DNA of 64,000 nucleotides from Cycas panzhihuaensis. Taxonomy: Eukaryota > Plantae > Cycadophyta. Under the pieces are notes generated by a model. The model saw only the letters and a list, made by a program, of their open reading frames with translations, did not search any database and was not told the DNA's origin. The stretch lies in contig CM041465.1 of assembly GCA_023213395.1 (NCBI GenBank), positions 94,991,741-95,055,740 on the forward strand, written 5' to 3'. This document shows, one piece after another, positions 39,624-53,900 of the stretch (position 1 is its first letter; the number at the start of each line of letters is the position of its first letter). The translations under genes and the position numbers were made by a program.

Positions 39624-42600
39624 CACATATTTCCTACTTAGTCATCACACCCTTCATTGTGTAGTGATAATTAAAAACCTCACCATTGCATTGGCTCATA
39701 TACCTTAGTCTGTATTTTTTATGCTTTTCCATAAGTGGGTTAGATGCAATCCTTGGTGTATAGTGGCTCTAAATATTAGGAAACTATAGCACCAAAAACT
39801 CACCCATAGGCCCATTCATCATGTTCAAAGACCATATGGGTCACTCCCATAAACTCTGTAGGATGCAATCCCCTCTAAATAAAGTGGTCTTGTCTACTAG
39901 AATGCATAGCTAACTCAATGGTAATATGGGGTACATTGTCTATCTCAATAATATCCAAGGTCCCATAAGTATTCACCATGATATCTAGTAAGTATTATAT
40001 CAATACCAATTAGTATTTACTCAATTGCCTACTAGCCTCCCACCTGATTAAGGCCACTATCATACTATTGAGTTATAAAACTCGCATGACCCCATTAGTC
40101 TTTGACCATATAAGAACTTATATTTTCATAAAAATGAAATCAAAAAAGTCACCAAGGAATTAATTGACATGGGTATTATTCAACCTAGAAAGAGCCCATA
40201 TGCTACACTCATCATGTTAGTTCATAAAAAGGATGGTTCATTCTGACTTTATGATGACTATCATAAATCAAAGAAAATAACCATAAAAAATATGTTTCTT
40301 ATGCCATGGATGGATGTCATATCAGATGAGATCCATGGTGTCAAGGTCTTTACTAGACTAGATCTATAATTAGATATTTTCAGATCCCTATCCTACTAGA
40401 AGATGAACACAAAATAGCCTTTTGAACTCACCATGGCTACTTCAAATTTTAAGTCATGTTGTTTGGTCTATGTAATGCTCTAACCACCTTCCAAGACTTA
40501 ATGAATAAAATATTCTCTCTATACCTATGAAAATTTATCCTTATTTTTTTAATGACATTCTCATCTACATCTTAAACATGCCTAGCCATATAGGTCATTT
40601 AGAAATAGTTCTCTAAATCCTAGCTAAGAATAACTTATATGCTAAATTCTCCAAATGCAAGTTTGGAAAAACTAAACTATAATACCTTGACCACATTATA
40701 TGATTTATACAGGTTTGATTATATCTCGATAAAATTTTAGTCATCATCAATTAGCCAACACCCAAAAACCTTGCTTAATTCTGGGCCTTCTTAGGACTTA
40801 CCAAATTATATCAACAATTCAATAAAAATTATGTTGCCTTAATTACCCTTTTAACTAACTTGCTTAGGAAAGATTCCTTCTAATGGTATTCCTCTACTAG
40901 TGAGGCATTCATACACATTAAGAAGGTCATGATAACCACCCTTGTTTTTGTCATATCAAACTTTACTTGCTCTTTCCAACTAGAATACGATGCATCTAGA
41001 TTTAGATTAGGTGTCATATTAATGCAAGAATTCTACCCCATTACTTTTAAAATTAGGAAACTCAAGGAACATGAGTGTAGACTTTTCACCTACTAAAAGG
41101 AAATATGAGCAATCCACCACATCATCAAAAAATAACAACAATATCTAATCAGTTTAAAATTTCCTATCCTCACTAACCATCATAGACTTTTTCACCTATT
41201 GAACTAACTAATCCTCTTAGAAGAACAAGCCAAATGGGTTGATCGCCTTCAAGTTCTTGAATTTGTAATCACCTATAAAAAGGGAAAAGACAATATTGTG
41301 ATAGGTACTCTTTCTTACCTGCCATCCCCTACAGTTGATGAGATCACTTGTCATCTTGAGAATCCCACCATTCATGCAATCTCTACCCTACAACTAATAT
41401 GGATACAAGAATTGGCCTTAGATAACTAATCCTAACTAGGCTTTTTATAATGGGTTGATAATTTCCATATATGGAAGGATTGGTCCATCTATAACAATCT
41501 CCTATTATATTAAAATCACATATTTGTACACCCATAATCAATTTTTATTCTTATGATTTTATCAGAATGTCACTCTCCTCTACTAGATGGTTATTCAAGA
41601 TTCAATAAGATATATCATAGGATTTGTTTAAACTTCTTTTTACCAATTATGAAGTCCACCATTCTCATATTTATCTCTAAATATGATACCTGTTAGTGTA
41701 ACAAAGTAGATACAAAACCCCAACTAGGTCTCTTATAACCTTTACACATCTTATAAGATAAGTAGTAAGATATTGACATGGATTTTATCATGGGATTACC
41801 AATATCCATTAGCTATGACTCTATTCTAGTGGTCATTGATAGGTTGATGACATACGTCCATTTTCTACCTCAATACTACCTACAAGGTGCCATGCATTAC
41901 AAACATTTATCTCCAAATATATTTTGCTTGCATGGATTTCCATCCACTATTATATATATGATCAGGATCCTAATTTCACTAGCTCATTCTAGTAAGAATT
42001 ATTATGACCCTCTGGAGCATCATTTTATATGAGCTTTATGTATCATCCATAGACCGATGACTAATTGAAGGTCCTTAACAAAACTCTAAAGACTTATGCT
42101 ATTTTACATCTAATCACTAGTCCAAGTGGATAACATGGCTAGCTTTAATTGAGTACTGGTATAAATCTTGACATCATTCAAGCATTAGAATGTCTCCATT
42201 TTTGGTCCCATACGGGTATCCCCCACCTTCCCACCACACCTTATCCACCAACCTCCATACCATTGTAGTACAATAGAAATTATACTAAACAGACCAAATT
42301 CTCAACACCCTCAAACAAAATTTATCCATGGCCCAAAATTGAATAAAGCAATTAGTAGACTACCACTATTCAAATTACTCCTTCAACATTAGTGATCTTG
42401 TGTTCCTTCACTTATAACCATATAAACAATAATCCATCTAACATAATAAGAACCACAAACTTATCCCTTAGTATTATGGTCTATATAAAGTCCTCAAATG
42501 TATTAGTGAAGTTATATATACCCTCAACCTTCCTCCTACCATAAAAATCCATAATATTTTTTATGTTTCCTATCTCTAGAAGTATATCAGCAAAGCCCAT

Positions 42601-42800
42601 GTCCTTTAGATAATATTACCTATTTTGGATGAAGAGTAATCCTTGACTATCCCCTAGAATATATCATGGCCAATAGATAATGCCATCTTTAGAATTAGTT
42701 GATTTCTTAATATTTAATATAATGGGTTGGTTTTAGCTCAAACAAATCAACTTGGGAATCTGATGATTTTGTTAAGTAGCATCCTCACCTCAAATGCCTC
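39505..42800 (+). pseudogene. pol: Chromovirus pol (PR-RT-RH-INT-chromodomain)
   Basis: IMINGGTSLNFID; KSPYATLIMLVHKKDGSF; KIAF*THHGYFKF*VMLFGLCNA; EYDASRFRLGVILMQ; MDFIMGLP; YLI*WVG..STWES. Confidence 0.9.
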
Positions 42801-45349
42801 ATAGACTTAACATCTCAAGGAGAGGGACCTATTTCATAACTCATCTTACTAAGTTATGTAAAGTATTAACAAGCAGAGAAATACCATAAGGTTAAGTGAT
42901 AAGGTTAGTTATAAAACCTTATGCATGGGTCGATAAGTTATCCAATGAAATGTAAGGCCACTAAGTTATCCAATAAAATGTATGGCCAATTGGGCCACTA
43001 ATAGGATTATTTGGAAAACACCCTATTTTGCCTATTTAAGGGTCATATATTATAGAAGATGATTCTCTTCTTATAAGAATTATACTATGATACTCTCTTT
43101 TGGTGATCAATTGATGCTCTTATGCTTTTGAGTCTCTTTGGTAATCTATTTGTCCTTTCTAGTTAAATAAAGTGGTTACAAATCTTTTACTTTTTACCAT
43201 TTAGAGCAGAGCCTTTGATAAGAAATGTCCCATCCTACCTATATGATATAGTACTTTTGACTTTACATGCACCAATTTTGACATGATAAAGAGATAATTA
43301 ACTTTCAAATGTATGATAATTCTCCTCATCATCTTATTTATATATTTTATAGGGTTAATAACCCAAGTGTTCTACAATAACACCTCTTGTTCAAATCACT
43401 TTTTCTCTTCTTCTTTGTGCTCTTTGTTATGAGTCAAGTTATAGTCCCATGTCCCAACATCTAATATTAGAGATAATTCCTAACTTATTATTAGCTTATA
43501 TTCATGTATATATATTCACTTATATTTAAAATCCATCATTGGCTCATATTTTCTTGTGTTCTTGTATTTGATACAAATATATTATTTGCATATTTATTCA
43601 TATTCATATATTTAAAATCCAATTATTAGTATGTATTCATCTATATACATTCATCTTACACTCTTATTATTATATCTAAAGAAAAGCCAATGTATTTGGA
43701 TCTTGTTTGCTTTATGGTCCTAAATAAATTATCCCTCCCACTAAGATAGAGGATGTGATAGGAAGAATTGGATAACATGTAGTGATATGTTGTTTTGTGA
43801 ATCAATAATAGATATAATGTATAGCTAACTCAAGGTATGACTCAATGGACAATATGGTTAGATTAGGCTAGACTTTAGTGAAATTGTGTAAGTACAAGTT
43901 TGATTCACATGCTGTTTTTTATGTTTACATTTGAGATAAATAGAGAAAAGGAAATAAAAAGAGGGGGGGAATTGGAAAAGAAATCCTACAAGATCCCACC
44001 ACTTGTCCTACACCCCTTGGTATATTGAACTAATGCTATCTAAGACATAGGTATTGGTCCTTGATTGCACCTCACTTTATTTTCTAACTTATCACCAAAT
44101 GTGCTTAGCTAATAATGATAACTCTTGGTTAGGGGCCTTGCTTAATAACCCTAAGAAATCCCTACATATTTCCTTATACCTCCACCTATGATAAGAGGCT
44201 ATTACTCTCCTTATATTTTCTTAATTCACCTCATACTAATAGTTGATTGACCCTATTATAATGAACTATTTTTTGTATATGAGGCTACTAGACTTCATAA
44301 ATGTTATTTTCTCTTTAGGGGATATTGAAAAATGTGATTAAGAATAAGAAATTAATGAATGAAACTAGGACAAAGAATGCATCATCACTTTGGTTATTTA
44401 TGTTAGGGTTTCTGAGCTAAAGATTATGAAGACGAGGCTGGGGACCTTCAAGCCAACACCAGGCAGAGGAAGGGGCACATCAGAGCTACCTAGATGGAAC
44501 ATACGACTCATACAGGAGCCAAGGAAGCATGAGGACTGAGCCATGGAGATAGAGGCCATCAAAATAGGGTGTGAGGTCACCCGTTTGAAGTGTAGAGATG
44601 TGAAGCTTAGGAGGCAAGAAGGTTTTTTGAATGAATCTAGAGGGAAATAGAGGAATTATGTGGAGGCAAGGAGTCACTTGAAGATAGTGGAGTGGAGGTT
44701 TCTAAGCCAAAATGGGATGTTGTATATAGATAAGCATAAACTAGATAGGAAGGAGTCCAGAAAGAATAATGAGAAGGATGTGGCCCAAAGAAATTTAAAG
44801 CTCGAAAGGCTTGTAATAAAGAAAGGTTTTCCAACCCCAATTAGAAGGATAATTGGTTATCCAAAGATGATTGAAGATGGGAGGAAAATAACTTGGCTGA
44901 GTAGAGGCTTAAAAAAGACCAAGGAAGATTCTCATTGGCAATACACCTCAAAATTAGAAGACTGAGTTAGTGAGGGAGATAAGGTGTCTTTAGATGAGTC
45001 ACCCACTAAAGGAGAAGAATATTGTGACACTAGGAACCTGTACACTCAGTATAGGGTGAGAGCTCGTATTTTCTTTCTTAATCTAAAAGCTTTGATGGAT
45101 CTAATATGATGCATACTTTTATGATAAGTGTAATGGAAGATAAACAAAATAGACTCAATTGAGATAGGAAACACTAAACTTAACTAGACCCAAAGCCCCA
45201 ACAAAGGGATATCATACCCAAAAGACTAGCTTCAGAAGTTCATTAAACCTAACTAGATCTAAAGTCTTAATAAAGGGAAATCATATTTGGAAGCCCTTAG
45301 AAATGGAGAGTCTGAGTCCTTTGAAATAAACCCTATCATAGAAGAAAAT

Positions 45350-46550
45350 TCTATCAAAATACCTGTTCCTAAGAGACTATCTAACTACATGGAGAAACAT
45401 TAGGAGAATAGCTTAGTTAGACATTTCTTAGGTCTTAGGCCATGTGTGGATCCCATTAAAAAATGGGTAAGTCAAAGATGGAAATTGAAGGGCACAATGG
45501 AGGTTATAGCACTTCCAAAAGGATGTGTGTTATTTAAATTTTTGACTAAAGAAGATATGATAAGTATTTTATTGAAATCACCCTAGATGATGAGGAGAAA
45601 GGTAATCTTGATGGAGAAGTGGCATCCAGATTTTGATCTGGCTAAGGGTGGTGTGAGATAACTTCCCCTATGGGTCTAGCTACCAAGTTGTGCATTACAA
45701 GCCTAGGATATGGATATTATCAAAGGAGTTACAAAAGTCATTGGCCCTCTTCTAGCAATTGATTTAGCTACTAAGAATATGAGTAGTATGGTGAATACCA
45801 GATTTTACACCCTAGCTAGGCTGATAGACCCTTAGTTGATAGGGTAAAAATTAAGGGAGAAGGCTAGTGTAGGGATCAAAATCTATTATTTAAATTGGAG
45901 AATGTGAGATGCTTAGTATGAAAGCGCCAAAGTCACCTCCCCCAAAGCTATCTTGGGGATCTTAAGAAAGAGCAATTGGAGACTCAAGAAGGAGAAAAGA
46001 AAGATGGAAGTAATAAGCAGTCTAGACCTTAAGCTTCTGACGAGGAAAAAAGAGACGATAAGGTCCCTACACATGTAAGGAAATAGGTATAGAAACTCGT
46101 CTTAGTAGAGGTTAGGAAGGATCTAGAAGAAGAAGCTCTTGCAAAAGCTAGGAAAGATCTATATATGGAGAATGAGGATACACTCTATGAAGAAGGGGAG
46201 AATGAAGAAAGGGAGAAGTGCACTAATAGCCCCATTCCTGAAAGTGTCATGAATCAAGAGACCTTATTATTCTCAATAAAGTGATCTCACTAGAGGTGGA
46301 GGAAGTTACTTAAGAAGAGCTTGCTCCCCATCAGGAGTATCATGGAAAGATAGAGAAAGTCTAGAAAGTTAAGAAAGGTACTCAAGAGGGATCTAAGCAT
46401 CCAGATTAGATAAAAGACCCAGACTTCAGAAGTGAAAAGAGGTTAGGTAGACCGTCTTCTAAAATCCTTAGAGAAAGGAAGGCAGCCACCCAGATAGACT
46501 AAGGTAATCAGTATACTCTAAGGGATGTAGGATGATAGGGGCCCAAATTA
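45350..46550 (+). pseudogene. LINE ORF1 (DUF4283-like)
   Basis: SLVRHFLGLRP..IKKWVSQRWKLKG..LPKGCVLFKF..KEDM..MEKWHPDFD..LWV*LP; boundaries approximate. Confidence 0.8.
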
Positions 46551-46574
46551 AGGAGAGGAGAAGGAGGGATCAAC

Positions 46575-49500
46575 ATAAAACTTACCTCCTGGAATATTAG
46601 GGGCATGAATTCTAAATATAGAATGGTTAGAGAATTCCATTCTAGCCATGAGATGGATATTCTCCTTCTGCAAGAAACAAAACTAGAGGCAAGAAATAGA
46701 GATGCCGTTATTAATAAGGTTTGGAGGGGAGTTGGGCTAGTTGTCAGAGATGGGAATAGAGTCTCTAGTGGCTTAGCTACCTTATGGAACCCTAGAAACT
46801 AAGAAGGGGAAATTTGTCTTTCTAAGGAGCATTTCATATCTAGGTGGATGATTTGTAAAAAGTCTAATCTAAAATGGTTGATTACGAATGTATATACTCC
46901 CCTAATGTAGGATGGTAGGAAATATCTATCAGATAGGCTATTGGGAGCTCACAAGGACTAGTGGGGTCCTTAGGTGATTGCTAGAGACTTAAATATGGCC
47001 TTGCCACTTTTGAAAAGAAAGGGGATTAGGGGGGATAGTCTAAGAGTATGGTAGATCTGGGGGAGTTCATGAAAAAAGGGGGAGTGATGGATATTCCTCT
47101 CAGAGGTCCCAAGTATACCTAGTCTAATAGAAGATTAGGGGATCATCATATATAAGTTAGGTTGGATAGAATTTTGATAAATTATGTTTAGGCCAACTGG
47201 TATAATAATATTATACTTGAAGCAATGCCTAAATCAGTCTCAAACCATTTACCACATATTCTAAGTTTTGTTGATAATAAGAAATATATGGGAACTCCAT
47301 TCAAATTTGAGTTGATGTGGATAAAGGATATAGGCCTTCGTAATGTGATTACAAACTAGTGGAAAAGTCTAGTCAAAGGTCATGCAATGCTTAGGTTCTC
47401 TAAAAAGCTAAAATGGATGAAGAACCAAGTGAAAGATTGGAGTAAAAACATCTATGGGAATATATTTGGAACTAAACACCAGATCTTAGAGGAGCTTAAG
47501 GATCTAGAGATGAAAATACAAGAAGAAGGAAGATCTATGCCTTTAGACTAAAAAGAGAGAGGTCTTCTTACCAAGCTAGAGGATATTCTATTAAAGGAAG
47601 AAATTCACTACAGATAAAAGTCTAGAGCCTTGTGGTTCGTTGAAGGTGTTAGAAATATAAAATTTTTTTATATGACCACCCTGAAGTATAGAACTTGCAA
47701 CCATATTAAGGTAATAATCAACAGGGATGGTGAGGAAATCTCTTATCAAAGAGGCATAAAGGATGTGGTAGTGGACTACTTTAGGGACCTATTTAATGAA
47801 CCTAGTTGCATGGACACTGAGGCAAGGAGGGAGATGTTAGATATAATCTCTAAGATTATTGGGGAAGACTTGAACAAAGATTTAGAAGCTCCCTTCTCAT
47901 TGGAAGAAGTGAGAAGTGTTGTATTCAACATGAAGAAGGAAAAATTCCCAGGTCTAGATGGTTTCCCTCTAGGTTTCTTCTAGGAATACTAGGGCATTAT
48001 CAAGGAAGATCTCCTTGAGGTGATCTTAGACTTTCATGCAAATGGCATGATCCATGGGAAATGGTAGACCACTTTTCTGGCCCTTATCCTGAAGAAGGGT
48101 GAAGCTAAAATAATGGAAGATTTCAGACCAATAAGCCTTTACAATGTGAAATACAAAATTTTAGTGAAAATTTTAGCTAATAGGCTTAAAGGAATTCTTC
48201 CACTAATAATATCCCCCAATCAGGATGGATTTGTTAAAGGTAGGCAGATTTTAGATGGTATACTAGTGGTTCACAAAATAGCTTACTCAACATTTCAGAA
48301 GAAGGAAACTGGTATGATTGTAAAAATTAATCTATCTAAGGCCTAATTACTTGAAGGACTGAGTTATAGTGTTTAGGTTTAGTGATTGGATGGGGAATTA
48401 GATAAATAACTACATTTTAAAATCAAAATTTTCAGTGTTATTCAATGGTACGTTGACGACTTTCTTCCCAGGTTTCAGAGGTCTACGACAAGGAGACCCT
48501 TTAGCCTCATATCTTTTTATCATCACAACTAAAATACTAGGGAGGGCTTTGGAGTAAGATAGAGGGACCGAAAAGATTAAAGGGCTAAAGCCCACATTGA
48601 GGGTGGTTAATATTGTCCATTACCATTTTATGGATGATAATATTTTATTAGGTAGGGTTACAATTGTGGAGGTCATAGTAATTAAAAAAGAGCTAGTCAG
48701 GTTTGAGGAGGCTATAAATTACAAGATTAATCTCAATAAAAGTAGTATTTTTTTCCTAAATACCTTAGTAACAACCCAAGGTGCTATTAGTAATATTCTA
48801 GGAATGCTTATTTGGAATCTCCCTTCACTATATCTTGGAATGCCCCTCTTTGTAGGAAAAATGGAGAAGGAGCTTTGGAATCCTATTATCAATCAAATCC
48901 AAAGGAAGTTGGTGGGATGGAAAGGTGTGTTATTAAGCCAAGTCAGTAAATTATAACTACTGACTACTTCCCTCAAAAATATTCCAACTTATATAATATC
49001 CTTGTTTAGATATCTAGCTAAGATCATTAGTGATCTTGAATCCATTCAAAAGAGGATCTTGTGATCAGGAATGGAAGATAGGGATAGGATTCACCTCATA
49101 ATTTGGGAGAAAGTTTATCTCCCTAAGCAAGTAGGAGGTATTAATGTGAAAGATATAACATGTTTTAATAGGGCTTTAGTGGGAAAACTTGGCTAGAGCT
49201 TATCTAAAGAGGATAACAAATCATGGCATAGAATCATGAATCAGAAATATCTTAGGATATAAAGCACTTAAAGGATGATCTTTCAAGTAAGGGTGGCTTT
49301 ATGATCTAGAGAAGCCTCATATATATAAGAAAGATGCTAGTGGTAGGAGTCCAATGGAGTTTGGGGAATGGTGAAAAACTTAATCTATAGGAAGATGTTT
49401 GGTGTGGAAGGCCTGAACTAAAGGAGAGACCTACCTTAGGCTTGCTCCAGAACACCTATGAGAGGATTTATGGGAGGAAGGTTAAAGATTATTGGGAAAG

Positions 49501-50760
49501 TTATGGGGGCACAAAGAATTGGAGATACTTTGAGGTCTTTCTCCCTAAGAATGAGGGAAAAGATCAAACTATATCCCTAAGAAATGAGCTTGCTAAAAGC
49601 TATATTCCTAGATTTCCAAGGAGGATGCAATGGTTTAGCCTGGGTCATCCTTAGGGGATTATTCAGTGAATATGGGATATCTATTTTTGTTATCTAAGAA
49701 AGGTCTCAGTGACAACAAAATACTAGGGGGTATTTAGAAGCTATGATTAATTCCCAAGGTTGCTATAGTTTGTTGGCTTTACTTAAAAAATAAAATCTTA
49801 ACCACAGATAATCTTAGGAAAAGAAGATTTATCATAGTGAGCAGATGTATATTGTGTAGGGAGAAGGAGGAGTCCCTCAATCATATAATGCTTCATTGCC
49901 CTTATTCCAGGAAGGTATGGAAGATGTTATGGAATACCCTTGGGGTAGAGTATGTCCTCCCTAGTATAGTGAGAGATCTAACTTCCTCTTAAATATTCCC
50001 CTTTAGAAGTACAGCATTGAAGTCCTTATGGATCACATAAGTTCCTGTGATAATGTGTAACCTCTAAAAAGAGAGAAATAGAAGAATATTCTAAGAAAAG
50101 CACATGGATGAACCTAAGCCTTTTAGGATTATCTTTAGGGCCTTGAAAGAGACCCTGAAGGAGGAGGAGGAGAATTTCATTTCACTTGAGGAAAGAAAGA
50201 ATATGGAAAAATGGGAAATAAGCCTTAAAGTTAAATTAAAACTAAAAGGTAGTGCAAGTGGGACCTTCCCTCGGAAGGCTAGGTGAAGGATAATTTTGGC
50301 AGTGCAATGAAAAGTAACCCAAAGAAGCAAGGTGAGGTGGGGTTTTCAAAAATGCAAAAGGGAGGGTGATTTGGGCCTTTGCAAAATATTACAACTCCCA
50401 AACCAATCATCGAGCTGAGATGGAAGCCATGTACAAAGTGATGGAGATGATATCCTTAGAGGGCTATGATAGGGTCATTCTAGAAGGGGATTCACTGAAT
50501 ATAGTAAAGCTAATCATAGGGGAAGCAGACCTAGATTAGAGATATAGAGCTCAAATAAATAATGCTAAGGAGATCCTTAAAGGAAGATCTGATAGCTAGA
50601 TGAACCATATTTATAGAGAAAGTAAAAGGGTTGCTAATGAGCTGGTCAATTAGGGAGTTCAAGATAAAATGAATGAGTTCTAGAGGGATATGATCCCTAA
50701 TGAGATTTTGGATCTGTTTAGGAAGGATTTAGAGGGTATTGATACTGGGCAGGTATGCTA
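46575..50760 (+). pseudogene. LINE ORF2 (APE endonuclease, RT, zf-RVT, RNase H)
   Basis: SWNIRG..LLLQETK; PGLDGF; FRPISLYNV.YKILVKILANRLK; GLRQGDPL; HFMDD; CILC..EESLNHIMLHC; VILEGDSLNIV; HIYRE. Confidence 0.92.
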
Positions 50761-50999
50761 GCCACTAGACATGTCATGGTAACCACTAGTTAGCTATTGA
50801 GCTTATCGGTCGCATGGGAGGGCTACTAGATTTTCTTAGTAGGGGGGGAGTCAGGTAAGTCATGGGCTTGTCATGACAGTTTTTATGGCCTTTTTGTAAG
50901 ATGATGTATAGGGGTTGGGGTCCCCTTCTAAATCCCCTTATTTATTTAAACCTTATAAAGAAAAAAAAATGAATGGAACTAGGATGATCCACATAAGTA

Positions 51000-53900
51000 A
51001 TTTAAGCAAAATGAAAATCTACCCTAAGCTAATCATACCAAATATGTTGCAAAAATAAAATAAGGAGATTCATATAATCAAATTAAATAAAAGGAAATAG
51101 GCAAACTAGAGGATATAAGCAACTATTATATTTATACTTGGCTTTCCTCTTTTATAACTACGTGCACTTATTTAAGAAATTAAAACAAGCAACTTTATAA
51201 GAAATCATAAATGAAAATAATCTGGAACAAAAGATATTATCCTTTGGGGAGCCTTTTGGTTGTGTTATTTTTATATTTATGTTTTTAATTTTTTTAATGT
51301 TCATTTTAAGAATATTTTTTCACCTTGCACTAAGGGACTCTTAATTTAGATTTCAAGAAGAACTCCTTATAGATTAGCAAAAGCTAAAGACAACACCATA
51401 AATTAAGAGAAAGTTGTGTGAAGAGGATGTTAGCTAAGTCCTATTTTCTACAAGATATCATAATGAAAAGAATTAAAAAAGAAATATAATTCTAAAGCAT
51501 TAAAATATGAATAAACCTAAAGATTAAATGAGAAATCAAGTTTTATTACACCTATGTATGGAAGTGGCAGGCACCTTAGAATTATGCTTAGAAGGTAAGA
51601 GATTTCAGTTGTAAGGATAACATCCAAAAGAGGAAGACAAAGTAGAAATGTTAGTAGACAAACTAATTAAATGCAAGGAAAGGAAGATTAGTTGTAATAC
51701 TACCATAATCAAGAGGAGGCCACTTAATTGTAAGCTCAATTATGAATGTTAACAAATGATAAAATAATGAACTCCAAGGGATCAATCAAAGAGAATACAA
51801 GATATAAAAGAATCCTTAAGAAATCACATGTGGTATAAGGTTTCACTCAATCTAGAAGTAATAAATAAGTAAATAAATAAAAAATAAATTTTCTTAAATA
51901 GGAAGACAGCAAGATTCAATCTATTTACATACAAGCTCAAATAAAATATGACTTAAGCTCTAACCTAGAATAATTAAATTTTTCTAAAAATTATGAAGTA
52001 AATTTCAACATGAATGTGAAATAAGAAATCTAGAAGGGAGAGGAGGGGGCCCGAAGTAATGAAATGCTAAGGGGCTATCAACATGCCCCTCAATTAGTTA
52101 AATTACTTTACAATCACCACCAAAAGTTGATCACAAGCATGCATAGAAGCATTAGAAACCTACATACAAGACAAGACAAGCATGCATAAAGAAGTAATAA
52201 GGTAAAAAATAAAAGAATGTGCATTGATCAAAAGAATCACCAAGAAGTCACCACAAAAATTCTCATACCAAGTGAGTGTATAGGATTTGACAGAGCTCCT
52301 AGAACATGAAACCACTCATGTTATGCCCATAGTATCCTATGCCATATTTGATATGATAAAAAATCTAAAACACAATGCTAAATGAGGCAAAAAGCAAGAT
52401 TTTTTTCTAGTTTAAAGAAATTTAACATAGTCATCCTATTGAAATTATAAGGATACCACTATAAATTATGACAATACTATCAAAATTTTGCTTGTACCAT
52501 TAAAATATTTAATGGTATATTTTGGTCCATTAAAATTTTAATGGGGCCAATGTAATTTTGATGTTATAGTGCTAAATAATTTTGGTAGATATAGAACAAA
52601 TTTGACCAAATAAGAAAAGCAATGGTAGACTAACCCTACCAAAATTTTAAAAATTCAATAAAAATAGAGACTTAAAGTAGGAAACAAGCTAAAAGAAGAC
52701 TAAGAAAAAGATCAAACGATAGGATAAGATAACAAATGATAAGGGTGACTAGTATTAGAAGTAGAATACCTTTAATTTAATTCATGCTTGATTCTAATCA
52801 TAAGTGCCCTAAAACTAGGTGGTCCTAGTACATAACAATATCTTAACTAGTAAATCATAATGGCCAAAGTAAAATGAAGAGTTATCAATACTTAAGGAAT
52901 GAGGAGGCCAAATTTTTGGGAAACATTTATTTCCTTAGCAACTAAATCTTAATGATTAAAGAGTCATAAGATGATGAAATATATCAACAAATATCAACTA
53001 TAGATACTAAGTAAGAATCAACAAATAAAACCATTAACCTCAATGTTTTAGGCTATGGGAATGTGGTAGATTTGAAGGTGAATTAAGCATGATAAGAAGG
53101 GCCTAATTAAGTTAACAAATACATGAAGTTGGGAGCTAAAGGTTTGACATATGCTGATTAAGTAATAAATCACTAGGAGATAATATGTGTAGGGGATGAT
53201 ATTAGGGAGTTAGATATATGATATTTCTTGAAGAGAATCTATAGCAAATGACATACTCAATTAGGTTATTTATGGAAGAGGGGAGGAACAAACCTACACT
53301 TATAATAACTTGACTAAAAGGATCTCTAATAATTTAGGTGGTAGTTAAAGGCCCAAGGGTTCCAAAAATTCCCCTATCTATATGAATATTAAATTTCATA
53401 AATATGGATCTTATAGGGATTTTGACCAAAGTCCTTCCAAATAGATGAAGGAAGATGGGAAATATTTGGGAGAAAGGTATTTAGATAGGATTATGAGGAA
53501 ACAATGGCATTCACAAGTGGCACAAGGGTATAAGATGATGACCTCAATAGGTTTCAATTAAATGAGAGACATGGTTCACTAAAAGAACATTAAATCTAAA
53601 GATATTAGAGGGTGCAAATAATCTAGATCTAAACTACTAAATAGTAGGTGTAAATGAGGCCATCATGTAACCTATTCCAAATTCTAGGATGTTTTTGTTA
53701 GAGTGGATATTAATACTTTACTTTACTTTCTTGGTTCATACTTTAATATGTGTCATAGTGTTAAGTGGGATTTGATCATTGGAGGGGATTTGTTATCTAC
53801 AACCAATATTCAAAGCTACTAAATAAACCATATAACTTGAGCCTAAACTACTAAGTGATAGGTAGGGATGAGACTATCACATAACCTATACCAAATACAA

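Larger units (their letters stand above)
44371..50967 (+). mobile_element. Full-length L1-clade LINE with RNase H, degenerate
   Basis: 17-bp TSD AATGAATG(A/G)AACTAGGA (44354-70 / 50968-84); A-rich tail; ORF1 and ORF2 motifs. Confidence 0.92.
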
